A DNA stretch of 63,722 nt, the filler included, from Choristocarpus tenellus KU-1152 (taxonomy: Eukaryota; Protista; Phaeophyceae): assembly GCA_964200185.2 (NCBI GenBank). It is 8 parts of 8 records of this genome, joined end to end, with 100 filler letters (N's around TTAATTAATTAA, not from the genome) between each part and the next. Parts side by side here need not be neighbours in the genome. Positions count along the whole stretch, not along the records: positions 11,929 to 21,942 come from CAXNAD020003204.1; positions 22,043 to 25,625 come from CAXNAD020019118.1; 6 more parts are not named here. One strand, written 5' to 3'. The notes beneath the pieces are model-generated. The model did no database searches. It had not been told where the DNA came from and saw only the letters and a program-made list of their open reading frames with translations. How positions within the stretch are numbered: the first letter of the stretch is position 1; each line of letters opens with the position of its first letter. Below are positions 13,300 through 25,725 of the stretch, piece by piece. The position numbers and the translations under genes are program-made.

Positions 13300-14400
13300 G
13301 GGACACGTACGACTGCACACTCCAATGGTGAAACGCTCGCACCAACTATGCAAGGGGATGGGCATCCCTTGTACTTTGGAGGACGGCAGTCCTTTCACAG
13401 TGGACAGGAATCTCCGCATGCATCTGGTGCTCCATGCAGGGGCACTGGCGGACGCCAGAACTGTCCCCTACATGGACAACGACCTTCTGCTAGATGTCAC
13501 ATTCGCAGAGGTACAGACAACCTCCTGTTCGTAGATAGTGCTGCTGATACACTATAAACACCATCGGTGGAGTAGATTAGGAATGCAGACACCACTGGTG
13601 GAGTAGTGGAGGAAAGGTAGAGTCAGATATATGTTTCCGTATATTTCAGTTTAGCTCTACACAACGTTAATGTATGGTAGTTCATGTATGGTAGGGACCT
13701 GATATAGGATCATCTGTTGATACATCATGTATGGCACGTATGGTAAGTAGATATGATTAGTTTCTGATTATCCATGTGGACGTTAAAAATCCCACATGGT
13801 AGTTTGCACTTGTCTCACCCACCTATTCAGTCAATGAAATCGAGACCACAAGCCCCTTGTAATATTAACTTTGCATATCTACATTAAACTATTCATTGTC
13901 TTTCATCAAAGCACGAAGCCACGGGTCCAGTGTGGAATATTTCAACACCTCCCACCTTATCTACTCATCCACCAGCAATGGTGTAGCTGCTGCTGTAGCT
14001 GAGGCGCGAAAGCGCAGCCACTACGAGAGCCCTGTTAATCCTCGTAGTTATAACCTCAACATCTTCACAGTGGAAAGTTTTGGGCTGCCTCAGCAAGCAA
14101 GCGGAAAGTTTCCTGGTTGAGCTGGCTACTCACATGGTACGGGGGAGAGGAGTGGGAAGATATAGCAGGAAGAGTAGTTAAATCCCACCTACGCCAAATC
14201 GTCTCAATAACTATGCAAGTGGCACTGTCTAGACGTGTAATGCGTTTTAAGCCGGAATCACCAGGGAGATGGGCATGGAGGGGTTTATTGGATTCTTGGG
14301 ATGCCTCCCTAGCTCCTCCCGGGGTACAGGTATAGGTAGATTGGAGACACAGGAAGGCAGTAGTACAGCATAGATAGTGGTGGAAGTAACAATGGATTAG
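13300..14400 (+). mobile_element. 5'-truncated CRE-like non-LTR retrotransposon (restriction-like endonuclease C-terminus + 3' UTR), degenerate, interrupted by an insertion
   Basis: LRMHLV..LLLDVTFAE (13330-13530), then AAAVAEARKRSHY..FTVESFG (13970-14085) and LRQIVSITMQVALSRRV (14188-14240). This is the DVT/ExxK..Y/VExFG pattern of RLE-bearing CRE-clade elements. Confidence 0.7.
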
Positions 14401-14571
14401 TGTCTTTCACATTAATAACATTTTATTTCTTTAGGGCTTATACTGACAATGTGTATAGTTCTCATTGGTTTCCCCCCTGACACATCTGTAAAATGTCAGA
14501 CAGCATAATAACAAAAATAATAGTAATAATAATTTGATAGCGATAATAATTATAGGAATTATCATAGGAAT

Positions 14572-14790
14572 AGTACCACAGATAGTGTTTGTCGCAACAC
14601 TAGCGACTCTATCAAGACTTCTCATGCGTTTTAAGCTGGAGACACCAGGGAGATGGGCAAGGAGGGGCCTGTCAGATTCTTGGGGGATGCTTCCCTAGCT
14701 CCTCGTCCTGTGGCGTAGAGCTAAGCTAGGTTGGAGGCATAGCAGGGGAGTGGTGTAGCATAGCTGGCAGTTAAATGGTACATAGATTTT
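14572..14790 (+). mobile_element. Second, shorter 3' fragment of the same CRE-like element
   Basis: Aligns by eye to 14190-14400 (ATGCGTTTTAAGC..CACCAGGGAGATGGGCA..GATTCTTGGG..TCCCTAGCTCCTC). Confidence 0.7.
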
Positions 14791-15220
14791 GGAGAGATAT
14801 CTTTCGCATTTACGACAACTGTTCCTTTTACAGGGGTCGTTATGATATGGAATTGCCCTTTTCCCTGACCCATCTCCAAAATGTCAGAGGACTTAATAAT
14901 ATAATACTAGCATAAAAAAAAAAAAGAAGAAGAAGAATATTACCGACAATGACGTGTACACTCGCTGTAATGATATCCCCCCACAAGTCGAATCACACTG
15001 GTCACGAACGAGTTCGTTGTGAAGAGTAAATCGTGTTGGACATATCAATGTCAGCAATCCGTCAAGCACAAGCCTAGTGTGGGTCGAAACAGAGAGGGCT
15101 TCCATATACGGTAGTCGATGCAATCTACTAAGTGAGCGCAACTTGTTACGACCTTTCGACACTTATGTCTACAATACAATTTAATCTTTCCATTATTCAG
15201 AAAAAAATCCAACGAGGATA

Positions 15221-15288
15221 TAACAGCCGATTTCAAAAATTGAGGATGGAGCTTTTCATTGAGGATGGGCTTGACCCAAAATTGACTG
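15221..15288 (+). repeat. Copy of the TAACAGCC..GACCCAAAATTGACTG repeat terminus
   Basis: Identical to the reverse complement of 11929-11996. Confidence 0.75.
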
Positions 15289-15564
15289 GGATAAAGTGTC
15301 GATATGTTTTTCTTTGTATTATCAATAGTTCGAATATTTTTACACGTGGTTGTACAAAGCGTAGAATTTAGCGCGTTTGGCAGCATTCTTAGAATGCAAC
15401 CCAGTGTGCCCCTCGTTTACGTTTGATGTCGTGACTACTAATAAGAGAGAACTGGTTAATTTCTCGTATCATCCTCACGAACATATTGACGTGTTATTTT
15501 TTAATTATTTCCATGACAAGGAAGGGTTAGCTCACCCGTACAACATTTTTATGTCAATCAAATA

Positions 15565-17259
15565 CTACCTCCGTGCCATACGTCTGTGCCGCGTTGTCCA
15601 TAACTCTTGAAGATGCTGGCGAAATTCAGTTCTGAAAGAAGATTTGGATACCTTGACGAATTTCCGGTTAGGGTCAGCTCATTTTATTATTATTATTCCC
15701 CATCCATCACAATTTCATCAGCCACAGAAAAAGCCTCCATGTCGACCTTTGGCATTTTTTCAAGCTCACCAGACAACTGCCTCTTCCTTACCCCTGTGTG
15801 CTCCACACTGAAGTCATTCCCCCTTTGTATCTAAGTCCTTGATTATACACCACAAAAATGAGCTGCCAAGCCCTCTTAAGTGAGGTTTCATCATACTCCT
15901 CAAACTGTTTTTTAATTACCTTCACCATCTCCTCGATGGACCCAAACCACTCCCCCATCACCCGGCAGTCCAAAGACCTGAAGAGGCACAGATCGATGAC
16001 ATTGAGGTCGGGGGAGTTAGATAGCTGCGTCACAAGCCTAATCGACCACCCCTCAGTCTTCCCTGCCCCTGACAAGATTTCTGAGTTGCGCTTGCCCGTG
16101 TGGAGGGTGGCACCGTCTTGCTGAACGACAATGTGTTTCCCCTGCAACCAAGGCATCTTGGTCTTGATTGCGGGCAGTAACTCCTCCGTGTACCACTTCT
16201 TGTACCACAAACGGTCTAAAGTACAGTCTTGATCGTACGTATCCCCCTTTTTATGGTTCTTGCTTGCCCTGTCTGCCGTTTTTGGCGCAAACACACGCCA
16301 AACACCAAGCTATCCATCAAAGTTGTGAGCCGAATCTGGGCGGGCATTGGCTGCAATGATCATGGCTTTGGGGATACGGCTCTTGTGCTTCACAGTAGGG
16401 GACCTTGGAAGGTCGCTATGATCCTCATGAGGTAATACCCTAACCCTTTCCCTATCAGCCATCACGTAAAACCAGGTTTCACCCACGTGGATCGTGTTCA
16501 CCATGGAGGCGTACACACCACGTTTCCGTTCCACTTGATCGCAAAGAAAGTCCATTCTCCATACCGTTTTCCACGGTTGAAGCTTCGGTTTGATCCAGCG
16601 GTGATAAGGGATGGCCCCCATATCATCTAACCATCTGTTTATGATGCTTGTGCTATAATTCAGCCCCTTGGCGACCATCTTCATTGTCACCGGACACACT
16701 GTGGATGACCGATTATCGGAACTGATACTATGTATTGCGGTCATCTTGTTTGGTGTGAGCTCCGAAGGCCGCCCACTACGTGCCGCCACCTCTAGCTCAG
16801 GCGCGTAGCCATGGGTGAGCTGATGAGCGATGTCCTCCCAGAGCCCTCTCATGAAACGCTTGGACACTCCAAATTCCGCAGTGAGGGCCGGCTCAACATG
16901 TCGCGGCAGTTTTTGCTCACCACGGACCATCTCGAGCGTGTGCCGCACTGCAAGCGCAACCCTGGTATTCAGGGACACTTGGGCAACTTTCCTACGTGGG
17001 GGTTTCGACAGGGGGGTTGCCATGCCAATGTTCTGACCCTCGACGATCCCAGTCCTGGCGTCAAAAACACCCCCAAAGACCCCTACTTTGACGGCTCGAA
17101 GCACCTCGAGTTCCTACCGGATGATCCTCGATCCCCGCATTTTCTGAAAGCTGATATTGTAAACTCGGTTTCATTCTGTGGGGTTATCTTCCGATTCGGC
17201 GTCGTTCTCGCTCGGCGAGCCCAGATGTTTCGCGGCACAAACCCATGGCACAGATGTAG
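15565..17259 (-). mobile_element. Full-length decayed plant-type (DD39D-like) Tc1/mariner transposon
   Basis: About 29-bp imperfect TIRs CTACCTCCGTGCCATACGTCTGTGCCGCG (15565) and its inverse ending at 17259, flanked by TA at both ends; encloses the transposase ORFs. Confidence 0.88.
15788..17104 (-). pseudogene. Mariner transposase pseudogene
   Basis: HTH region (FGVSKRFMRGLW..RSGRP), IKPKL, IHVGETWFY (first catalytic D changed to G), QQDGA..SPDLNVIDL. Stop and frameshift near 16295-16312. Confidence 0.88.
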
Positions 17260-17321
17260 TACATGATCATGTAACGTAGGAATATTACCCTGGAAATGAA
17301 GCAATAATAAGGAGCAAGAAG

Positions 17322-17345
17322 AGGTTAGGGTTAGGGTTAGGGTTA
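17322..17345 (+). repeat. Interstitial (TTAGGG)n telomere-like tract
   Basis: GGTTAGGGTTAGGGTTAGGGTTAG; a similar run lies at 34373-34392. Confidence 0.7.
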
Positions 17346-17897
17346 GCCTTTTTTATTGAAATCCTATCATGGAAAAAACAGGGCAGAACTCACACATCAC
17401 TTTAAACATAACCTATCTACGTGATCTACCCACCCACATCTACATTTCTAATAGTTTTGTCTTCTTTTGTTATTTCCTGTTTTTAACATCACATTCTTTG
17501 TGTCCTTGAAGAATAGATCACCCCCACGCATCCCATGATTCAGCACACCTTACCTATTGGGAACCCTTCAACCTCCCCATAATGTGCTTCCTTGCTGCCT
17601 CTGATATGGATGCATGTCCCAGTCAAATCCAATGCTAGTTGTTATATATTTTTTATCTGTCTCGATTGTGTAGTCAATCATAGTGCAGAAGAGCGCGGGT
17701 ATGATGGGTTTACGGAAGAGGGTGTTCCCTCATAAGTCTATCCGATTGGTGAGAATCTAGTGGCAAAACCGTTTCCTTACAACACGAACAACGTAACATT
17801 AGAATGCTACACACTATTTAGAAGGAATCCAACAGAGTTTTTTGCATTAAATGAATGTATTGTCACTTCCTTTTTCTCCTGAGGGCCTTCTGGATCA

Positions 17898-18158
17898 TAG
17901 TCAAAGAATCTCAGGGGGTAGAGCCGCGTCCATTTGGGGACCAAAATCCAATGTTGCAATTTTGATGTATTTTTGGCTATCATGGTTATTAGGAGATGTC
18001 AATATCCTTGTTCCGGACATACCTTTTTCACAACGTATACATTGTACGTACTCCGAAACATTTTGGAGTAGGGTAAAATATTATTGAAAACCCGTGGGAA
18101 GCCAAGCCTCCTATGGAAAAACAGGGCAAAACTCGTACCCTCTAAGATACTTTCACTC
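17898..18158 (-). mobile_element. MITE family A, copy 2
   Basis: Degenerate left TIR TAGTCAAAGAATCTCAGGGGGTA, right TACCCTCTAAGATACTTTCACTC; TSD ATCA. Confidence 0.88.
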
Positions 18159-18765
18159 ATCACTTGATCCCCATTTACAGAGACTTGCACAACGCGGCCA
18201 CAACTTGGTGGATTGAGGGATAAAACGTCGTCTCCCAATTCCGAGATTCCGCCATATCAGCCCAAAGATTCGCCAGAAGTTACCTTGATCCTGACCCCCT
18301 TTATCCTTCTTCCCCAGCCTTGACGTTGACCTTTCAATTCTATCCACTCCTCCTTAGCCAATTTCTCCTCCTGCCATTCGTTTCTCCCGATCGTCTCTAT
18401 TGCACGGTCCTCTTTTTTGAGGGCATCTGCGAGAGCTAGATTCTTCAAGATAGGTTACCTTCAGGGTATACTTTCTTTGGAAGATGGCTTTTACACATCC
18501 AATCTTACTGAAACTTTTCGTGTACCCTCCATATCCTTTTCCTTTTCTCTTATCATGATTTCACCTGGTTTACTTCTCTACCACAGCAAATTCTCGCGTT
18601 CACCTGACTAACTCACGTTACTACTTCATATACTTTCCAATGTCACTTTATTTGTATATTATTTTTATTAGAAATAGTTTACCACACAACATCAGCAACA
18701 GGAATGCAGTAAATGTGTATAAGATTCAATACAAAAAAAGTACATCAACAAGTACATTTATAAAA

Positions 18766-18837
18766 TGCACGGACCGGGAATCGAACCCGGGTTGCCACAG
18801 CCACAATGTGGTGTACTAACCACTATACGATCCATGC
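18766..18837 (-). tRNA. tRNA-His (GTG), intronless
   Basis: GCATGGA/TCCGTGC acceptor stem, D-loop TAGTGGTTAG, anticodon arm CCACA-TTGTGGC-TGTGG, T-arm CCGGG-TTCGATT-CCCGG, followed by a TTTT Pol III terminator. Confidence 0.95.
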
Positions 18838-21800
18838 ATGTTCTCCTACCATGGAGATGTTTCAAATGTATATAAAACCTATAAAATGATATTTTTCGCT
18901 TTGAGCCCATCTCGCAACGTCTATGGGTAGGTGAATGGTAAATCACATGTTATGTACGCATAAATACATTCTTTCTGGGCGCCAAAAGTATGCATGTAAA
19001 TGCATTAAGCGCGACTAGTCCATGATGACTGAAGGATTATGCTGGGAGAGTGAATCGGCGTCTGATTTTTTTTTCAAATATTTAGATGCCACTGTTTCAC
19101 CTGGGCAAATAGTCACATGAGCTTGATGCTTTGGTGGAACAACAGTGGTATCGAGTTATTTTTCCAGATAGAACAATGCATCTAAATGTGTGACACTACC
19201 AATGTACATTTTTGGCTGTTTCACCCACACCAAAGAACCTCAAAACTACCCATCCATTCCATTCAGCTACAAGTTGTTAGGTACCACAGTTCCCCCACAA
19301 CCAAAAAAGTGTCAAAATTTTGAAAAAGGGTGTAACAATCTGTCCATCTGGCTCTATCATTTTATGTTATCATTCCCGTATCATTTGATACGATATTTTG
19401 AAATAGAAAATATCAAACGTGTATCATTTTTATCCAGTATCATATCGAATATCAAATCACTCCAACATAAATTTGAGATCCATCACTAAACCAAAAAAAG
19501 ACTACAGTGCAATGGGATCGCGTACTTTTCAAACCAGCAGTATATAAAGAATTTAGTATGTGAGTCATTGCATATTTAGGGGTAGTTTTATTGAGTAATT
19601 TGGGGCCGTACCCTGTGACTGCCCTTCTGGTACACACAATAATGCGGTTCTACTACTCTAGATGCAAGTTTGATTTGATGATGTGGAAATAACTTTTTTC
19701 TCGTTTTCTGCATCCACAACCTAATGTGGTGATTAGCTGCACTTCCCGTATGGGATATGGGATGTCATGTGTCTTGTAGAAGACTTCTAAAGCCCTCGTA
19801 TATGCAATAGGACCGAAATTGACTCCCCCCTATCATAGGATGACTTGGTAAATCGATTTGTACGTGAACACAAAATGTAGTAGTGCTTCCATGTGCTTGA
19901 TTGAGTATTCAAAGTACATCTAGTTGTGTTGTACAGTATGATATATGATGATTGGAAGAAGGATCCAAACGGAGTCCCCAACAGAAAGAACACCAGGGTC
20001 GATGGCGTCCTATTTTGGTTGTTGGTGATATGGGTGTTTGGAAAAAAAAACATCGTTAAGGGATTAGGGGTACGTCTTTTTTGTGGTATTGACTAATGTC
20101 ACATTACCATATCACCCCATGAATCTCATTGTCGAGTTGCGAGAAATCGGACATTTCTAAGGATAGTCAATGACCCTCCCAAAACCCACCCGAATTAGTG
20201 CCTTGGGAAGGGTTGGTGGGTGGCGAGGGTTTGGAGAAGGTGCCAAACCAGTCAGACCGTCTCCTACAGTTGCCTGAAAGTTCCCATTTCCGAACGTTTA
20301 GCTTTGAATTTTCGGATGTGAGCATTTATAAGGCACTGTTTCCCCGAATACTTGGGGATCATTTGGGTATAGGCTTGGTCTCCATGAAAATAATAAATTG
20401 AGAAAGAAATTAATTTTCAGAAATTTCATCTCTCTTATTGCAGCATCCTCTCACCAGTCAAACATAGGGCTGTTTTTACAAACAGGTTCCCTCAAGAGAG
20501 AAACCAAAACAAAGAGTCATCATACTTTGTTCTTAGTTAGATAATTAGGGCTGCATGTGAAACGGGTGGAAACAGTCGACAGGTTCTTCGAAATGAAGGG
20601 GAGCGGGAAGACTCACAGGAGGACAGATCAAAGAGAGACAAAGTCAAAGAGGGAGAGCAATGCCTCAGAAGATCACTCAGGCAAAGAGTGGACAAGTGGG
20701 AAAAGTGAAGGAGGGGGGATTTGGAAGGGCACTCCAAATCACCCAATCTTACTTCAAGCAGATGTCACCTTCAACATGCAAAACAAATGTCACATGAATA
20801 TCATGATGTTCAAGATAGGTCACCTTCAGGGTATACCTTCTATGGAATATGGCTCTCACATGCATTTTCTAAAAATTGGTTGTCGTAAGGGATACTTTCC
20901 AGACAAAAACGGTCTGGCGTGTTTACGTTGAGCAACTGAAATGTGTGAAACTTTATTCTACTGCAGCTCTTCATAAAACCATGTCGTGCAATAGAGATTT
21001 TGAATCACACATGGTCGAGGTCTTCTTTGATATTTGCTCCTCCAGAAATGCCCTCAATGTGCATAATGCTGCAAGCCTATCATATTCTTGGATTTGATTG
21101 TTTGGTTTTTCTATGCCATGGGCTACATTGTATGTGAGCACAGAGGGTTATACCAATAAGACAGCTGAGATCACTTCCTGAAAGTAACAACCTTGGACCT
21201 AATAAACCCGATCATGATGACTATGAAGTTATCTCCCACTGATTGCGACAGAGATTTGCGGACCATAATTTAATCTGATGGTAAGAATACAGTAGAACGG
21301 CAATGTCTGTGTTCTAATGATATAGCACCTCTCAAGATTTTGCCATGAAGTATGTGTACACACACAAAAAATCCATTGCGGTTAGCTATCAAGATTGAGT
21401 GCTTGCAGGATAGGGACAAGAGTTACTGGATTGCGACTGTGTTCTCGTGAGATAGGACATGATGCATGGAGGCACGCACTTCGATAAGATAGTGTCATAT
21501 TTTGGGTTGGGGTTGACTTCATGACATGAATAGACGAGATAGCTATCTTCTACCCGCCTGATTCACTCTTTCTTCAAGAACATTTGGAAAAGGTGACTTT
21601 TAAAATGACAGGTGTGATATTGGGGCTATCCAGGACACACTGGTTCACTTTGGTGTTGTCTTCTCAAATGAGACCATAATAAGTGATGACACAGTGCCAG
21701 ACAATATGGCCACACGTAGGTAAATACAGATGTCAATGTATATTCATATATTGTGCATTTTGAAGGACCTTGGGGATAGGCAGTCCTCAGAGAGGTCACC

Positions 21801-21904
21801 GAAGCTGTGCCAATGTGCTACAAATATATATATTTATACATACACACGTAACAATGTTCAGAACTGTACCTGCAGCTAAGCATATCGGCAGTGACTAAAA
21901 AAAC

Positions 21905-21942
21905 GGGCTCAAAGTATCTGGGGGGGGGGGGGGGCGACTATC
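21905..21942 (+). mobile_element. MITE family B terminus at contig end
   Basis: GGGCTCAAAGTATCT-poly(G), matching the left end of the element at 37763. Confidence 0.7.
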
Positions 21943-22042
21943 NNNNNNNNNNNNNNNNNNNNNNNNNNNNNNNNNNNNNNNNNNNNTTAATTAATTAANN
22001 NNNNNNNNNNNNNNNNNNNNNNNNNNNNNNNNNNNNNNNNNN
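21943..22042. other. Artificial contig spacer
   Basis: N44-TTAATTAATTAA-N44. Confidence 0.97.
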
Positions 22043-22061
22043 CCCCCAGATACTTTGACCC
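22043..22061 (+). mobile_element. MITE family B right terminus at contig start
   Basis: poly(C)-AGATACTTTGACCC. Confidence 0.65.
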
Positions 22062-24730
22062 AGTTGCCCCACACTCCCAGAATGCCGTGTCTTTCATTGT
22101 GACTCCCGCCTCCTTGCAAACCAGTGTCCCTACCCTGGTCTCAGACATAGGCAGCTCATTATCCATTAAGCTCTACTGAAGGTTGTACTTCTCCTGTGCC
22201 AATGCCCCCTTCCACTTGTAGTTGATCCTTCTTCTTGGCTTCCTTGTCCTCGACCACCTACAAGATATCATCCACACAATCTCTCTCCAGTCATTCAGAC
22301 GGACATCTCGTTCCTTCATCTTCATTGTTAGTTGAGATGGGTCCTCTACATTCCCCATCTTAGTCAAATCTCAACAAGGCTTTTCTAGTCCATGGGGGTG
22401 TGAAGGTGTTTCCCCATGAACACCTTGAAGCCGGCAGACAGCTCTACCAGCTTCTTGTTCTTCCCTTTCAGATGACCCCATCCAAGGTCATCTTGTTCCC
22501 TCCCCCTTGCTCCCAGTGTCCTGTTTGGGGGTGAGTTTTGGTCAAGCCCTTCTAGGGCGACCTAATCATTGGGCGCAGCACATGCCCTACCGTGTCTAAA
22601 CCTTTTTGCTTGCTCTACTTCCCAGCTGCATCTCTTACAACGAACTAGAAACTGCACTTCATGAGAGTGCATGTTTGTTGTTAAGTGAAAAGATGATGAT
22701 GGCGTATTGTTCTTTCCTCCCTTCTGTAACAGTAGTTTGTTACCTAGCTAGTTCTTGGACAATAAATTAGCTCACCCAATGATGCTCTTATCACTGCCTA
22801 TGCTACCACCCACATTTTTCTGGGATCCATTCAGATGAAAATGACTTGCTATTCATAGAACACTAGAATAGTATACCTGATTTAGTTATTCCGCTTTATT
22901 ACCGTTTTCCGTTTGCCATATCCGTACCTTTGATATGGTAACTGCTCTCCAAAAAACCATCCATGAGTATTCAAGCATGCATCTTATCCGAGTGAAGTTT
23001 CTAGAGTAAGTATCCTATGACTGTGAAATCGAAATCATGTGAAGCTGTAGCAATCAAAGCGATTCTAGAACTGATAGTGAACATGTAGGCTTCTCTGTAC
23101 TAGCACTTGTACACTAACAAGGGTATGTTCAACTAGCACGTTTGAAGGGTACCTAGTAGGTTGCTTGAACCAAAATTGTTTTTATGATTGATCCCAAAGA
23201 TTTTGTAATTAGTCAACCACCAACCAAGTTTGGCAGATTGAAACATACATCACTACATGCTTCAACTATATCTTTTTGATTTTTTGTTTTTGTTACATAT
23301 TTTTAACCACGCTTCAATCTTTTGTTGTCCCATTGCACTCCTATGCAGCAACTTCGCCTACACCAGTTTTACGCGGGATGTGGATACTGCTGTAGAGGAT
23401 GGAAACCGTGTGTGGGGGGGTTGGTGGGGGTCTGATGTTGACTCAATTGGAGTGCCCTTCAACACTGGATGTTTTTGCAATGTAAACATTTGTGCTGATG
23501 AACGTTGAAAGACCTGCCATGATGCAGTTTCAGGTATATTCTTGACAGAACGATGCATTTCTGGCATGCAACGTTGAGGGTGCTCCATCATTCTTGCCAC
23601 TTGTGACTACATTAAAGTTTTAATATAGAATCCTGGAGTTGCAGTTCTACTTTGTTCTTGATGACAGTGTCTTGCCTTGTGCATGGTATGTACTTTCTGT
23701 GGGATAACCTCTGGTGTCGAGGAATTGCGGTGCTTGGTTTTCCATGATCCAGTGGTGCTGTCTGTTCTTCTGTGCCAAGCAATTGAATGGCAGATTGGTG
23801 AGTTTCTTGTTCTTATTAGACTTGGGATTTTGAGGATCCGCAGGGTGGACTTCCCGCAGGTAGGTAGGTATCTATGACAGAACCTATTCTAGTGAATAAA
23901 ATTTTTGAGATGACTTTGCACAGTCCTTTTCGACCACCATTAAGACAAATATGGTAAATAATGATAATTATTGAATCACCAATGTAGGTTAGCTTTGCTT
24001 GCAGTCATTCCCGTGAGAAATAGTCAATCGAAAACCAGTCCTCGATTTAGGTTTGACTAATCACGATTTAACGTCATTTAGAACCAAAGCTGATATGTGA
24101 TGGCTTCTTTGACCCTTGACTGCCTGCTCTAGCGAGCTTTTGCCTTCTCTGCCATCATTGACTGCTAATTTTACATTTTACATTGATATTCAACGATCTT
24201 GTCGGTAAATCCTAACACTATGAAACCACTACTGCCTCATGACTATGAAGCTTAGAGGCTTACAGTTCGCAAGTTTATGTTGTTGGTGTGAATGTCTGGC
24301 TTAGTGGAGTGGATTGCACCAAACAAATCAATGTAGAATAGAGTACATGAAATATGTGTAGGGGTTTTCCACGAAGATTGAAAGATGTTCCCAGTGGTTG
24401 AGGCCCAGCAAAAGACCTTTGTCTGCTGGCTAAGTCGTTGAGAAATCTCGCCCCCCACCCATCACCTGACATCTTTGTTGTACATAACATGAAAATAGGG
24501 ACAGAACCTAGTGTTCTAGGTTTTATTGAGTGGGAGAGAAAACACTCCAAAACAATTCTTGAGACTGTTTTTAGAGACACTATCAGCGATGAGGATGGTT
24601 GGATACACTCTCTAAAAAAAATGAACCTAAATTATGGAGGTTTGAGGTCACATGGCAGAAAAGAGTTGTGAATACTTCATACAACAACATCCTTCATGAA
24701 CACATTCAACCACTAGTGTTTGCCCGTGTT

Positions 24731-24988
24731 GAGACAAAGTATCTTAGAGGGTAGCGACACGTCCATTTGGGGGTCATATCGAATGTTGCGATTTTGATGT
24801 AATTTTGGCTTTCGTGTTTGTTAGGAAGTGTTAATATCCATGTTGCGGGCACACATTTTCATAACAAATGCACTATACCTACTTCTAAGCATTTTGGAGT
24901 AAGAAAATGTCATAAAAGAACCCATCAGAAGCCAAACCCCAAATGGACAGACAGGGCAATACTTGTACCCTCTAAGATACTTTCACTC
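24731..24988 (-). mobile_element. MITE family A, copy 3
   Basis: GAGACAAAGTATCTTAGAGGGTA..TACCCTCTAAGATACTTTCACTC; flanks TGTT / GTTG (imperfect or offset TSD). Confidence 0.88.
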
Positions 24989-25625
24989 GTTGCACGGGAT
25001 TGATATGGCACCAGTATCAGAGACAGTTGAAGGTACCAGGAGAGAATGCTTAGAGAGAAGATTTTACCGATACCTCATCCATGGTCACACGTGGTGGGAG
25101 TAGTGCGTCTTGGATGGTGGAAAGGGAAGTTAGTGGGACTACCCCTCCAAACAACATCATGCCACTGCTTGTTGTCACTCCTGCAGACACGACCCAAGGC
25201 ATTGGCGACAGCAGCAGGAACATTAGATGTAGATTAAAGATCAAAACCAGGATATCTTGGTGAGATTACGCTTGTTATTGAGGAAAGGAGATGGAGTGCA
25301 TCCAGAACTGCTGGTCAAGGGGAAGATGTCATCTATCCCAAACCGTGGTCCTGGTACGGATGTGTACACAGCAATGTGGGATGAACGTTTACATAACACT
25401 CTTCTTCTGCAGCATTACACCCTGTCAGTAAAGGGGGTCAACGCATCTGAGGGGGGCTGGTGGTTAGTGAAGGGGCATCCGTTTCGGCTCGGACGAGTTG
25501 CTCAGAAATTATCGCAAGTTGTCTGGACCGAAACGCCCCCCCCCCCCCCCCCTAACCACCCCCCCCCCAAAAACATTGACACCGCCACCCCCCCTTGGTT
25601 TTATTTTTTGCAATCAAAATCATTT

Positions 25626-25725
25626 NNNNNNNNNNNNNNNNNNNNNNNNNNNNNNNNNNNNNNNNNNNNTTAATTAATTAANNNNNNNNNNNNNNNNNNN
25701 NNNNNNNNNNNNNNNNNNNNNNNNN
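25626..25725. other. Artificial contig spacer
   Basis: N44-TTAATTAATTAA-N44. Confidence 0.97.

Noticed and set aside
21905-22061. Single MITE B spanning the gap
   Set aside because: The two termini are on different contigs and their flanks (AAAC vs AGTT) show no TSD.
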